DNA from: Amoebidium appalachense
Lineage: Eukaryota; Protista; Ichthyosporea
Length of the DNA: 64,000 nucleotides
NCBI GenBank assembly: GCA_963693365.1
Contig: CAVNZM010000009.1
Location: 7,297,408 to 7,361,407, forward strand
Direction of reading: 5' to 3'
The position numbers and the translations under genes were made by a program. Numbering within the stretch: position 1 is the first letter of the stretch; the number at the start of each line of letters is the position of its first letter. Under the pieces are notes generated by a model. The model did no database searches and was not told the origin of the DNA. It saw only the letters and a list, made by a program, of their open reading frames with translations. Of this stretch, positions 36,603 through 52,046 are shown one piece after another.

Positions 36603-38015
36603 CCGTTGCCTATCCATGCTGCACACACCCGCCCTCCGACGCATACTACTCCAACACCAACCACCTAATTAAATTTTCAGTGTTGAGTGTAAGGGCCCCG
36701 ATGACAGGCTTTGTATCGAAGAAAGTTAGAAAAACTGCTTCGTGTGCATGTACCTTAATGCGAGCATCAAACAGCCTAAAAAAAAATTAGAAAAAAAGCC
36801 CAATGGCTATCATAATTTTTTCTAACTAGAATTCCACCCTCCAGGTATGCATGGAAGATTTTGGTAACTTCTGATTCCCAGGTAACCTCCCCCCCCCCCC
36901 CCCCCCCCCCCCCCCTCCCCCCCCCCTCCCCCTTCCCACCCATCCAATCACCCACCCCCCTTCCGGCAACCCTCCACCCCGTCTTGGCACCCTCCCTTTT
37001 CGCTTCCACTTTACCCCTCCTTTTCTCCTGACTTTCACCCGTTTCACTTGAGATTATGATATAAATTTTGGGGATGTTTGAGGGAGGGTGGGAGGGAGCT
37101 CTTAGCGAGAGTTGGCTTTAGGGACCCCTGGGTTGTATTACCCTCTCATATTTGTAAATACGCGTATTAGTACAGCTCCCCCCGTACTCCGGGGTTTAGG
37201 GGGAGCAATGTATCCCTTCCCCATACTCCCTATAAATTGACACGATTCCCTATATGGTAATCTGCTAACAAAACTGCGGCGTTTGCGTGTTAGTACACCT
37301 CGCGTATTGCTACCCTTTTGGCCCAAAACGGGGGTGTACCAATGCGCGAGGGGCTACTGTAACCCCTACTTATTTCAACCTTTATGTATCTCCCCCCCCC
37401 CCCCCCCCCCCCCCCCCCCGCCAAAACTCAGACGCAATTGATGACTTGGGCCCTCCCTGAGGATGGGCTCTGCTTATGACGAATACTGTGTGCATTGCGG
37501 ATGTTGCATACTTGAATGTTTGCCTTTGCATGTGTCCTGCACCATGTTTCTCATCGTCTATGTGTACTTCGTACCGTGTTCCGCATTCAAACCACCCCCC
37601 CCCCCCCCCCCCCCCCACCCGCCGCCCCTCCCCCCCCCTCCTTCCCCCCCAACACACACACACACACACATACACCCACAAACACACACACACACACACA
37701 CACCACCACCGCCCACCTACACGAATTGCACGGTGGCTGAGATTCGATTCTGCTCGGGCTGAGATTGAAATCTGCTCGGATCTGCCCCCCCTTTTTTTTG
37801 TAATTATTTGTTATGTTTGTTTGTTTGTAGGAATGCTGGCTTGGTCACTACCTGATCAAGCACCACATTATCTTAAGCAGCACGAAAAAATCCAATATCT
37901 TCCTCCCCCCCGCCCCCCTCTCCCCCCTCTCCCCTTTTTGTATCTCTCTCAGCCACGATTTTCGGAGGACTCCGGAGCGTACACGGGAGGGCAAGGGGCG
38001 AGAGAGTGAGGGGGG

Positions 38016-38062
<47 letters not shown>

Positions 38063-38340
38063 AGAGAGAGGGAGAGAGAGAGAGAGAGAGAGAGATTCAC
38101 ACCCATGGTCTACCTACTTACATACTTTTAGCACATGCTTATCAAAGCACCCATTCCTGACACACTTCGTTTTCGGTCCGGGTCAACAGGCAGTGGCCCG
38201 ACCCATCGAGGCCAAGCAGCAGCAATACACTGAGCACTGGCACCGTATCGACTGCCTGGTTGATGCTGCCCAGTGCATGAGGCTGCCTATGTGCAAGGGG
38301 CCTAGGTCACTGCTGACTAACATGGTATGAAGGAACTACA

Positions 38341-38376
<36 letters not shown>

Positions 38377-38729
38377 ACCCCCTCCCTCTCCTCCCCCTCC
38401 CCCTCCCCCTCCCGCCTGCTCTGCCTCCCTATAGGTTGGGCACACATCCCCCCCAATTCTCGATCCCTCCCCATAATGTGGTAGGCTGGAAGCACATACA
38501 CCTCCCTCCCCCCTGCAAATAGTAAGGTAGCCTGCAAAAACCTCATCCCCCCCCCCCCCCCCCCCCGCACCGTCATATGGTAGCCTTGAAACATATCACC
38601 TCCCCTCCCCCTTCCCCCCTCCCCCCACCCCCTCCCCGTAATATGGTAGCCTGGAAACATCCCCCCTCCCCCCTCAAAAATATTAAAAATAAAAATAAAA
38701 AAGCTGTAGTATGAGAGGCTAGAAACGTT

Positions 38730-38761
<32 letters not shown>

Positions 38762-39037
38762 CCGCTTTCCCTCCCCTTCTTTTTCCTATGCCCTTCTTCC
38801 CATAGCACATAATCACCGTGGCACATGCGCGGACGGCGCGCTCATACGCACACCTCATTTTCTCCACTCTCCAAATATACAAATGGAAGCAAACACACAA
38901 CCCGTCCCTTGTTCCCGCCTCCCCCCTCCCCCCCCCCCCCCCTCCCCCCCCAAACCCAATCCCACCCCACCTTCCCACTCATACCCACCCAACACATACG
39001 CCGCCCAAACACACACACACACACACTCACACACACA

Positions 39038-39084
<47 letters not shown>

Positions 39085-40076
39085 GCACACACCCGTTCCC
39101 CCTAAACTCAACCATCCCGGCCACACACTAACCCTCATGCTGTGCTTGCAGGTTGCAGCAATTGAAAAAGAACCCCCCAACACAGACGAGTGGCTTATTG
39201 AGCTGGATGGGGTCTTTGTCGACGGAAACCACAAAATCGATGCCAGTGTTCGTTCTAACGCGGGTGTGCGTCTCTCCTTCGTTTCTTTATTTCTTTTTTG
39301 TATCCTTTGTTTCCTCACAATCCAGTACATCCACGGGGAAGAAGGTTGTTGGTGTGCGTGTATGGTTTTTGTGGTGGTCGGGGGGGGGGGGGGGGGGGGG
39401 GGGGGGAGGGGCTGGGATGTGTGTGTTGGTTTTTTGGGGGCATGGGGGGGGGGAGGGGGGTGTTATGTTTTATATCATTACTTTTTTTTCCCTTGTTCTT
39501 TGCTGGTCTTGGCTCATTGGTGGTGTACGGTAAGGGTTCTCAGTTTCTCTTTCTCAGACACGCACACATACACACAAGTACACACATGCATACACACCAT
39601 CCCCCCCCCCCCTCCCCCCCCCCCCACCCCTCCCCCCCCCCCCCCCCCCTCTCTCTCTCTTTCTTCCCTCCCCCCCCCCCCCTCCCCCGGATTCGCCCGC
39701 CTGCCCGTCCAGCATTGTTCATGGACGTTTCCCCTTCAATTATAATGTATCAGAAAGTATGGGATATCTGTGTGCCCTCCTGACTATCTGTTCCTAGTAG
39801 GCAACAGAATGGTATCTAGTTTTCGGCCAATTCCAATAGGGAAAAAAAGTTAGGAAGATGTTCGACCAATCGCAATAGGGCAAACAGGTGATACTGATGG
39901 TCGATAGGAGTTATGACTAAACGCGTACGTCAACCGATGGAAAATCGTAAATTGCTGCGGACTGAAACATTCTGTAGACTCCAACATAACTGACACATTC
40001 TGCAATCTCTAATATTGCCGACCAACGCGTCTCCACATCAACCAAATGTAAGTTGCATATGTTTTTTCTCGGATTG

Positions 40077-40129
<53 letters not shown>

Positions 40130-40353
40130 CCCCCAATCCATAGCAGCCAAATACGAAATCCGCAACTGACACAATTTACCCAATCAGAATGCGCAACGGC
40201 ACCACATGGTGATATGCCAGCCAATGGTAATCAAGGAAACCACGTCATGTGACGAGGACAGTGTTGCCGATATGGTCAGCCTTGCAGGCACAGTGTGCTG
40301 TGTGGTTTTTGTGCCCCCAAAATCTACCGTCAAAGATATAATTAAAGTATGCA

Positions 40354-40393
<40 letters not shown>

Positions 40394-40563
40394 CCAACAA
40401 CACACACACACACACACCCCTCTCCTCGCTCACCACCACCACCACCCCCTCCCTGCCCACCCACCCGCCCACCCCCACTCCAACTCATAACGTTATCTAC
40501 CACCCACGACACGGACTCCGAAATACACACGCACACAGGCGCAAGCCTTCTCGCATGCGCACG

Positions 40564-40604
<41 letters not shown>

Positions 40605-42083
40605 CACACACAGACAGACACATACACATATGCACACATACACCATGAATAATCTACTGTTCCTTTCTTCCTTTGTCCCCCCTCCCCCCCCTACAACCAT
40701 CTTCCCTAACATTTGTCCCTTGCTTGCCCTTCCTGGCATGGGTTTATTCTTGAGCAGCAGACGCGGCACTTGTGGTTTAGTTTTTTTTATTTTCCTTTTT
40801 TTTTTCATATATTATATCTTTTTTATTTTATTTTCTTCATTTTATTGCTTTTTTTTTTTTTTTGTGGGCGGGGGGAGGGGGGGGGGGGGCTGTTATCCTA
40901 ATATGACTAAATATATACAATGGACAAATTATGTTCTACCTCTTGGCAGGCACAGTATGTGGTGGAGGACATTGGTATGTGCATAGGCAGGTGAGTATGG
41001 AAAGAGCAAAAACAAAAAAATACTAAGAAAGCAAAAGAAAACAGAGAGCAACAATGGGAACAGGTCAAAGTAGAGTTAGTCCAATCAAAGCAATTGGAAA
41101 ATAGGAAACAGAACAGAAACAGAAAAAAGGGAGAGATACTCATGACATGCGTGTGAAAATACTGAAAAAGCGAAAGAAAACAAAGAACAAAAATGGGAAC
41201 AGGAAAAAGTAGAAGATTTGAATGAAAGTAATAAGAAACAGAACAGGAAAAAAGGGAGAGATACTCATTACATGCGTGTAAAATGCTGAAAAAGCAAATA
41301 AAATACTGAACAAACAAACGGACACAAAGAACGAAAATGGCAACAAGTTAAAGTAGAATTTTTCGAATCAAAGTAAAAGGAAACAGAACAGAAAAAGCAA
41401 AAAAGTTAGAGATAACTCATCACACGCGTGTGTTGTTGCAGTTGGTGTGTGTGGATCTCCACCGCACCCTCTCAGCCCGCCTTGCGTTGATGGTTGAGGA
41501 CTGGGCATCAGCAAATATACCCCCTTGTCAAGGTGTGTGCACTGTGTGAATTTGTTCTTGGTGATTTCTGGTGTGGGTATTCCGTGCCAAGTGTGTGCAA
41601 GTCCCCCCCCCCCCCCCCCCCCCATTTTTTGTATTTTATTTTATTGTTGTTGTTTTTGTTATAATTATGATTATTTATTGTTAATTATTTTATTTTATTT
41701 TATTTCTTTTATTTCTTTTTTTGGGGCGGGGGGGGGGGGGGGGGGGGGGGGGGGGTGTTGCTAGTCAAAGAAAGGGAGGAAGCTGGAGGTGGGGATTTTG
41801 CTTGACTAATATAATAGAGTGTGATGTCAGTTTGTGGTCGTGCTAGAAGGGGAGGGCTGGTGGGGGGTGAGGTTGGAGGGAGAGAGAGGGGGGGAGGGGA
41901 GGGTGGGGGGTGGAGGGGAAGGTGGGAGCAGGTTTGGTAGTGAGCTTCATTTATTAATACCCTAAAAGGAGGGGGAGAGGAGGGGGGGAAGGAGGGGCGG
42001 GATGAGGGAGAGGAGGGAGGGTAAGCCAGGGGGGGGGGGGGGGGGGGGGGGAGGAGGGTTGCGCGGGGGTGGGTGCGTGGGGT

Positions 42084-42117
<34 letters not shown>

Positions 42118-42467
42118 ACCGTAATGTGGATCAATGCATGCCTGTTTTGCAGAGGATGAACCGTGGAGCCCGCCACGAAGAGTCGTGTGCGGTCACGGCG
42201 GGGTCGGGGTGTGTGACTATGTATTTGACAACGAACCATTAAGGGTGGGTGGCAGACCGTGTATTACATTTGTTATCTTGCCATGTGAACACACAGTCAC
42301 AAAATGCAGGCATAGGGACACACGTGCACACTTGCGCATTGCGCACTAATCACAGACAAGTGTTCATGATGCATTCGATTGCATTTTCATTAGGTTTAAG
42401 ATGAGGAAAGACTGTTCTCTCGTAATATCAAGGCTACGACAAATTACTTGCGTGTATGCACAGGTGT

Positions 42468-42539
<72 letters not shown>

Positions 42540-43623
42540 GTGTTACAATCACGTGAGGCTTTGACCCCCCCCCCTCCCCCCCCCCCCCCCCCCCCCCCCC
42601 TCCTTCCCCTTGAGTGCATACACTTGTCAGTGCGTATACCGGCACACATAATGCGTGTTTCTTTGTGTTGCCCACTCAGATACCCCCGCGACCATATGCT
42701 CGCTTGTAAAGGCCGCGGGGACCCGTTGTGTTTGTTGTCCCCGACCTTCTCCCCCCCCCCCCCCCCCCTCCCCCTCCCCCCCAAAAAAAAAAAAAAATAA
42801 AGAAAAAAAAGAAGACGAGAGAGAGAAAAGAAAAGAGAAAAGGAAAAAATTGGTGGTCCCCAACCTGACACTCACCCACCCAACACTAAATGTTTTAAAT
42901 CGCCCTTCCCCTTCCGCATGACCGAGAACTCCCCCTCCTCCCCCCCCCCCCCTTCCCCTCCTCCCCCTCCTCCACCCACCCAACCTTACGAGTCAAATCT
43001 GGCCGGACATGCAACCCAGCCAAGGACACGAATAGATGTCCATCATGCCACACACATCTTCATACTGCTTTCACTCGAAAGACGTATAGATGGCTGGCTG
43101 ACGGTTTGACAGGATGCCGTGGAGCGAATCAAAGAACTTGCGGGTGTCGATTGTCAAGTAGCGGATCTAGACCCAGTGGAGGGCCGGCCAGGTGTGTGTG
43201 TTATGCCTCTTTCTCTCTGTGTGTGTGTTTGTGTCTATGTAGATGTATGTTGTGGATGTGTGGGGGGGCTTGGTTTGGTGCGCAACCGTTGCCTTGGTAT
43301 ACTTGTCCGAAAATCCGAAAACCTTATCATGGCCTTGCACGATTGTAAATGGGATCGAGTAGCCAGTTGTTTTACTCGAAAGTAATTACACAGGCATGTG
43401 TGCAGTTCAAGTTGGGGGCTGGGTTTGCTACTAAGGAACATAATGTTGACAACATTTCCTCGCCACAGAAAAGAAGAAAGGAATCAGCTCTGCCAAGAAC
43501 ACCACCCCGAAGGAAGACCTGGTTGCACCACCCACCAGACCCGAATGGGTGCTAAAAATCCTAACACCCATTCTCGTTGCGCTGTTAGCTGTATTTCTTT
43601 ATTTGGCATTTGGCCAAGGTTGA
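33732..43623 (+). CDS. ODR4: ODR-4 homologue (tail-anchored ER GPCR maturation factor); exons approx. 33732-33830, 35164-35224, 35750-35815, 36161-36330, 38190-38324, 39152-39263, 40188-40346, 40950-40990, 42153-42243, 43113-43191, 43469-43623
   Basis: [11 protein letters not shown]...[31 protein letters not shown] (cf. human WATEHACQVSRMLPGGLLVLGVF), ARPIEAK, PRRV...VCDYVFDNE and C-terminal [20 protein letters not shown]. One or two small exons are unresolved and two donors have an extra G. Confidence 0.85.
37291..37361. repeat. Imperfect ~70-bp foldback in ODR4 intron
   Basis: tagtacacctcgcgtattgctacccttttgg matches the reverse complement of the right arm, cagtagcccctcgcgcattggtacacccc..ttttgg. 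Right end CTACTG followed by TA. Confidence 0.5.
41100..41430. repeat. Degenerate A-rich minisatellite (about 3 units of 110-150 bp) in ODR4 intron
   Basis: Recurrent gaaacagaacag...aaagggagagatactcat.acatgcgtgt. Confidence 0.7.
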
Positions 43624-43891
43624 AGCATAACATCATGCAAATTTTGCTGTGTCTCATGATGTTATAGCCCCTTTGCCCTGGACTTCTATAATATGAAAGC
43701 GGCAGTGGGTTCGAAAAAAATGAATGCAAGTCATGATTTGTAGCCATTGTAGACACGGCATGTTGTGTACTAAAAATAACGAGCCGATACGCAAATAAAT
43801 GTTTTTCGGGCCCAAAATTGCATGGATCTTCACCAAAACCATACACAAATAAACGGCATAGTACCCACGAACACACGCACAGTACAAACTC

Positions 43892-43921
43892 CTTTGAAGA
43901 GTGGTGGTGTTTATAAACACC
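43892..43921 (-). terminator. Histone 3' stem-loop plus downstream CAAAG (H2A)
   Basis: Minus strand GGTGTT TATA AACACC ACCACTCTT CAAAG. Confidence 0.85.
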
Positions 43922-43951
43922 AATGTTTGCATCTGCTGTTGCTGTGAGGCT

Positions 43952-44987
<1,036 letters not shown>

Positions 44988-45029
44988 ATGTGCCTGTTGT
45001 CTTGTGAGCAGCTCCACCACAACTATTAT

Positions 45030-45059
45030 GGTGTTTTTCAACACCACCCCTTCTCAAAG
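45030..45059 (+). terminator. Histone 3' stem-loop plus downstream CAAAG (H4)
   Basis: GGTGTT TTTC AACACC ACCCCTTCT CAAAG. Confidence 0.85.
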
Positions 45060-47114
45060 CTGTTATCGTGCACCTATATAGATTTGTGTGCTGTGTGCTG
45101 TGTCTACATGTGCACAACGTGTGCCACTGAGGGTCTACGTATAGTCTTAAATTGTAGCAGGAAACTCTGTTTCTGGAAGCTACGGTGGTTGTTGTGGTAG
45201 TCGCTGAATGTTGCACACACGTTCACTTGTAGCTACGGAGTACCTTCAGCTGTTAGGGGAGAGGAAGAAAGGGTGCCCTGTGTTGCTTTCACCAAAGTGC
45301 ACTGCACTTGTGTAGCAACTCTATTACATCGTGTGCCAAAAGTCACAATCTATCTATACTTCCATTAAATAGAACGCTAACACTTCTGGTTGACGGCCTT
45401 GTGTACATGCGCATGATGGGCTCCCCACTGGTGTGCCTAAACCTTGCCGGCAGTCGGTGGTGCAAAAAGGTCTCACAAAGCCAAGGGGCCCGGGCTGGAA
45501 GAGAGACGGCTTCACTGTAGATGTACAGAAAATGATTTTTTTCTAGGTTTTGTGCATGCATGTAAAGCAGATGTACTGCTTCCAATGCTTTTATGTTTGT
45601 TACGGTGCACGGCCAAGATGTGTAGGCTCGCAAAACGTGCAACAGATCTTTTTTCGGCAATGTTTTGGTAGTACCACATAATGTACGAGACTGAGTTGTA
45701 AACGTGTCCACGGCAATATGTAATCAGTACGGGCTGCAAGATCCCCCCCCCCCCTCCCCCTTAGGGGAAGTAAGGGGGGCAAAAAAAGAGAGGCCTATGA
45801 GGGATGAAGACAGAAAAAAAGGAGGGTATGCTGAGCCAGGTTCTTGAAATATATATGAGGAGCAACGTGCGGGTGGGGGGGAAGGGGGTGGGGGGGGGGG
45901 GAGAGGACGGATGAGAGGGAGAAGGGGCCCGGGGGAGGGGGGGGGGGGGGGGGGGGCGGGGAGGGGTCAACCCTGAGCTCGAGTCACTCGACTAGTATAA
46001 AGGGGGACCTGCCCGGGGAGCTCCTCGTCAAAGACTAATGGTTGGTCACAAAGTTTCTCGTTGGGCCGAGGGGCCGGGAAGGGGGAGGGAGGGGGAAAGG
46101 AAGGTCCGTTAGTCTATGGTAACTTCATATAAGTTCGAAGGTGACAGAGGTGAGAAGAGAGTGGTTGGAAAAACAGGTCCTTGATTTCTCGTTGGGGGTG
46201 GGGGGGAAGTGAGGCGTTGAGGAGAAGGGAGTATTAAATGCGGGGAAAAGGGGGGGGGGGGGGGGGGGGGGGAGGTGAGGAGTGAGAAGGGAAGGTTTTG
46301 CAAGTTTGAAAGAGGGGCGGGGGGGGAGGGGGGGGGGGGGGGGAGGGGGGGGGGGGGGGGAGGGGGGGGAGGGGGAGGGGGGGGAGCTGAAAGCCTTGGA
46401 AGACAAGGGAGCCTCAGATATTGTAAAACGGAAGACTATAAAGGTGAGAGCCTGACTATTTTCTTTTCTCTTCTTTTTTCTTTCCTAGGGGGAAAGGCGG
46501 AGGGGGCGGGCGGGGGGGGGGGGGGGGGGGGGGGGGGGCGGGCGGGGGAAAGGGTGAGAAGAACCGGAGGGCGGAGAGGGGGGGGGGGGGGGGGGGGGGG
46601 AGGGGGAAAGGGGAGGGGGGGGCACTGCGATGACCGGTGAACTTCGATCATCACCGGACTGTGCCGGGGGTAACATTTTAATGGGTGCATGCGCAGGCGT
46701 TGGGGACCAGAGGGGAAGGGGGGGGGGGGGGGGGGGGGGGGGGGTTGATCACTGATAGACCCTCTTTAGAAACTATACTTGTCGCATACACGGCACTACA
46801 CTGCAGATAGTGAAGGCAGTGGGAGGTCCAGATGAGGTTCGGAGGGCCGCCACGGAAAGGGGAGGGGGAGGGGAGGGGAGGGGAAGGGGGAGGATCTGGC
46901 TGTTGGGCAAAGACTCTTTAACAAGCCACATGGTGTATGTGGACAAGTAGACACAGCGACAAGTATTCACCATGTATCACGAAAGAGCACCACATGCATG
47001 GAAAGGCCGGTATTACGCTTGACTTGTAAGAGGTCGGAGGGCGAAAGGGCAATGAGCACTGGACAAGTGGGGTGGGAAAAGGTGGAGTGAACCAGAAAAA
47101 CGAGGTGTGTGTGT

Positions 47115-47146
<32 letters not shown>

Positions 47147-47247
47147 GGGACATGAGAATGCATTTGCCATGGGGAGGGGGTAGATGCATGGGTGGGTGGG
47201 TGAGGAGGGGGAAAAGGTGGGGTGACCCGGAAAAACGAGGTGTGTGT

Positions 47248-47303
<56 letters not shown>

Positions 47304-47545
47304 TGAGAATGATTTTGGCGCTCGACTTCGAGTTTGTACTTATATTGTTATTCATGGGGAAAAAGCCGTACATTGGTGACTTTTATTCAATGTTTAAAAA
47401 GTGGTGCTGAAAACCTGCAGCACGACAACTTGTAAAGAGTATCCAAGCCCTGTAAAACCTCCACCATTAAGGCAGACCAAGAAAGAATTGTCATATAAAA
47501 GTAAAGGTCAATATACAGAGTAAACATATCTGTGTACAACAAAAG

Positions 47546-47574
47546 CTTTGAAAAGGGTGGTGCTTAAAAACACC
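47546..47574 (-). terminator. Histone 3' stem-loop plus downstream CAAAG (H3 copy 1)
   Basis: Minus strand GGTGTT TTTA AGCACC (one G-U pair) ACCCTTTT CAAAG. Confidence 0.85.
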
Positions 47575-47607
47575 GTTTTGCTGTTGGGCACCAAGCAGGC
47601 AAGGCAC

Positions 47608-48066
<459 letters not shown>

Positions 48067-48336
48067 TTATTTATATAAATAAGTGTTGGGGCAGCGCGTT
48101 CATTGATTGGTTTAGTTTTCTGACTACGTGGAAGAGGGTAGAACTTTTTGAAGTCAAAAAGCAATGAAAATGTGATTGACCATGAAAAAGAAGCAAAATG
48201 GTTTGCCCTCTTTTTGCACAGTGCCTGAAAGTCCCATCTATTGGTTGCCCTAGCATGTCCGATCCGCAACGTAACATATAAATTCTAGATACGCCCATTT
48301 CATCTTCAGTTTCGTTCAACCGCAACTAACGCAAAC

Positions 48337-48714
48337 ATGCCTCCCAAGGGTGGAAAGAAGGCCGAAAAGAAGGCCGGCGAGGGCGGCGCCGCCGCCGCGG
48401 CCAAGAAGGGCGACAAGAAGAAGAAGAAGAAGAGAAAGGAGAGCTACAGCGTGTACATCTACAAGGTGCTCAAGCAGGTGCACCCCGACACCGGCATCTC
48501 CTCCAAGGCCATGTCCATCATGAACTCGTTTGTGAACGACATCTTCGAGCGTGTTGCCGGTGAGGCGTCCAAGCTCGCGCTCTACAACAAGAAGTCCACC
48601 ATCTCCTCCCGCGAGATCCAGACGGCCGTGCGTCTGCTGCTGCCCGGTGAGCTTGCCAAGCACGCCGTGTCTGAGGGCACCAAGGCCGTGACCAAGTACA
48701 CGTCCAACAAGTAA
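48337..48714 (+). CDS. H2B: Histone H2B, intronless (copy 1)
   Basis: [40 protein letters not shown]...AVTKYTSNK. Confidence 0.99.
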   Translation: MPPKGGKKAEKKAGEGGAAAAAKKGDKKKKKKRKESYSVYIYKVLKQVHPDTGISSKAMSIMNSFVNDIFERVAGEASKLALYNKKSTISSREIQTAVRLLLPGELAKHAVSEGTKAVTKYTSNK

Positions 48715-48749
48715 GCTGTCTGCTTCCGTGCTGTTGGCGCAAAAAAACT

Positions 48750-48780
48750 GGTGTTTGTAAACACCACCCCCCTACCAAAG
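48750..48780 (+). terminator. Histone 3' stem-loop plus downstream CAAAG (H2B copy 1)
   Basis: GGTGTT TGTA AACACC ACCCCCCTAC CAAAG. Confidence 0.85.
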
Positions 48781-49355
48781 TGCTTACCATTCATGTTATT
48801 TTTTTGTACTTTTTCTTGCCTTTGCTGCGTTACCTGGTGTAGAACCAATATCTGGCACTCAGCCCACAGGCAGGCATCAGATCCCCAGATGCAAACAAGC
48901 CACATGGCTAAACTATTTCACAACCCGGTTCGCTTAACAGAGATTTCACAATGGCAATACACAGACACACTTAACCCCCTGCCTCTTTCTCCCTTTAACT
49001 CCCATTTTGACTCTGACTGCTGGAGGCTTCTCTCTCTCTCTTCCCCCTCACCCCCCCCCCCCTCCCCCCAAACACACACACACACACGCACAGAGGCAAT
49101 TTCAAATAATTCTGCCCTTTGCTTGCAGCCACGTATGGTGCTCTCTCTGGCATATTTGGACAAGACGTGTGTATGAGATCTGTGCACAATTCCATCTTAG
49201 CATAAAAAAGCTCTGTGTGCTCAAGTGTTGTTCTGCTGTTGGTAAAAGCAGTCAGTAATATCTGCCATAGCTACAGTTGTTAGTTGCATATGAGCCCGGG
49301 AAAAACCAGTATGTGCGCGGGACCAATAAAAATTCCTTCTGCCAGAGTGCCCGGG

Positions 49356-49386
<31 letters not shown>

Positions 49387-50458
49387 TCTCGCTCTCTCGT
49401 TCTCTCTCGGCTTTCTCCCTCCTGCCTCAAACATCACACACACACGCACACACCCCACCCACCAGAAGAAAAGCGAAGCCCAAGATTTGATTGACATCAT
49501 GAACGTTCTTTCAAGAATTCGATGGAACTTTTTGGTCACACTTGATTTTTTTTTATTTTTTTTTTTGTGTGTGTGTGGGGGGGGGGGGGGGGGGTTGAGC
49601 TCCACAAAGCCTTGGCCCCTGCGCACCTAGGGTACCGCTGCAGCTTTCTTCTTTCGAGTTCGTGGCCTCTCGGATCTCAGAAATAGTACATATCCTTTGG
49701 ATATTCCCCGCTCCCACGACCCCCCCTCCGCCGGGCCTCCACCCGTCCCCTCCCAAACTCCCTTGACCCTCTCACTTACGCAAACATCATCAATTTCCCT
49801 AACGCTACTCAGATTTTTTATATAAATGTGATGGACCCACGATAAGCCAAACCTGTGGGAGACATGCATATGCACACACGCAAAACAGCCCTTCAAAAAA
49901 GAAACAAAGAAAGAAAAGAAAAGAAAAGAAAGAAACAAGGGGGATTGGCATATATAATATACTATAGCTGCCAGAAGCTCGGTGTAACAGAAAGAGATGG
50001 GCATAACACGTTCATGTGGTAGGGTCAGTGGTTTATGTGAGTGGGCCGGCTGGTGGTCTAGATCCAGTTGGTTTTTTTTTTTTCTTTTTTTTTTTTCGGT
50101 TTTTTTTTTTTTTTTTTTTTTTTTTTGGGGGGGGGGGGGGTATCGATGATACATTTGGCATTGCCTCTCGAAATCTCTGCCTTTGTGTAGTATGCCCTCC
50201 TGTCTTTATTCAGGCCGCTGTTCAATGAACTTTCATTTGTGTGTTTTTTAAGAACAGAAAAGTAAGTGTTAGCCGCATGGTAACTCTGAACTCATTAGAT
50301 AAGGTGTGGAGTTTATAAAGTTTCCGATATCCAAACGACGCTTATTGCAGCGCTAGCTGGGCTTCTGGAGATTTCCGTTCGTGAGGATGACTGTGATCCC
50401 ACATTCAGCTGCCATATCGCCATTTCAAATTATTGCTGCTATTTAGTATGATCTGGTC

Positions 50459-50537
50459 GGTGACCAGCCCATGTTGGATCGGAATGCACACACCACAAGA
50501 CTTGTGCATACCGTGAAATTGTTTATGCAAGGTCACC
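50459..50537 (+). ncRNA. Candidate novel small ncRNA, copy A (79 nt)
   Basis: GGTGACC-AGCCCAT...TGCACA/TGTGCA hairpin...AA-GGTCACC. TCCCACATTC starts 62 nt upstream (50397). TTGCTGAAGAAA downstream. Confidence 0.65.
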
Positions 50538-50751
50538 TAGATTTTGCTGAAGAAACAACCCTGCTGCAGTATACAGCCACACAACTAAACACATAGATTA
50601 ATAATGTCTTGCAGGAGAAATGATTCCAAAATCAACCACTCCATAAGTTCGCATTCCCCTCCTTCTCCCCCCTAGGGACACTGGCCGGCCAGTTCCACCC
50701 CCCCTCCCCGCCCAAACATACACACACCGCACGCACATGCGCACACGCGCG

Positions 50752-50818
<67 letters not shown>

Positions 50819-51262
50819 GCACACACATGCACACACCAAAATGTTAGGCAGGGGAGGAGGGGTGTAACTGCAAAGGGGGGAGGGGGGAGGGGGGGGGTTG
50901 TAAATTTTGGGCAAAACCAGTGCCTCCCCCTCCCCGCCCTCCCCCCCCCCCCCCCCCCCCCCCCCCGGCTACCCTTGGCTACCCTTGAAACCCCCCTCCA
51001 CCCCCCCCACCCCCCTCCAAGCACATTTGCGCGGGCACACACGCACACACAAGTACACGCATACACGCACACGCGCACACGCACACACGCACACACACAC
51101 AAACACAAACGCACCGTGACAAACACATGCAACTTTGAACACCACTAGCATGAACAGTGTGTGTGTGTGTGTGCGTGTGTGTGTGCTGCATGTGCATGCG
51201 CACACACGCACATCTGTGTGTGTGTGAGACTGAAAGCGAGAGAGACTCTCTAGAGAGATCTC

Positions 51263-51353
<91 letters not shown>

Positions 51354-51954
51354 GGTGTACATGTGTGTGTGGGGGGGGGTGCATGCATGCATATGAGCGT
51401 GCTGGTGTACGTGTGCGCGAGTGTGTGCGCGCCTGTGCGCCTGTGCGCCTGTGTGTGCGTGGATGGGTGCATGTGTGCATACAAGCACACAGGTGTGGTG
51501 GCGCGTGGGTTTGACACTCACGTGGTGATCACGGTATGTGTTTGTGAGATGGGGAGGGGGAAGAGATAGGGGGCCAATAGTGCAGGTCCTGTAATGATGC
51601 TCATAATATCTGCCACCGTGTACTAGACCTTCACGGAGTTTGCCATTCAAATGGTATAAAACTCTTGAAACGTTAAACCCTAAAATCATTACATCAGTGA
51701 ATCTACCGTTGGACATAAAAAGATTAGTCAGATGCATAATTTAAAATGTGCTCCTGACTCCATTCGGATATTTGATATGATTTTATGAACAAAATACAAT
51801 ATGGCTTATACCTTCATCGGTTGAATATTTTACCTGCAATATGGCAAGGGCTGCGAAATTCGAATTTTAAGGTATAGAATGCACATCTTTTATCCCACAA
51901 TCAAGCATCACAAAAAAACTTCTCCGGTGATGCTAATGTGGGCAACATGGGGTG

Positions 51955-52046
51955 GGTGACCTGCCCATTTTCGGTGACTCCGAGTTGCACCCACGCTACG
52001 TTGCAGCACAACTTAAACAGCTGAGGCACTTGGCAACAAGGTCACC
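51955..52046 (+). ncRNA. Candidate novel small ncRNA, copy B (92 nt)
   Basis: GGTGACC-TGCCCAT...TCGG/CCGA hairpin, TGCACCCAC...AA-GGTCACC. TCCCACAATC starts 62 nt upstream (51893). Confidence 0.65.
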
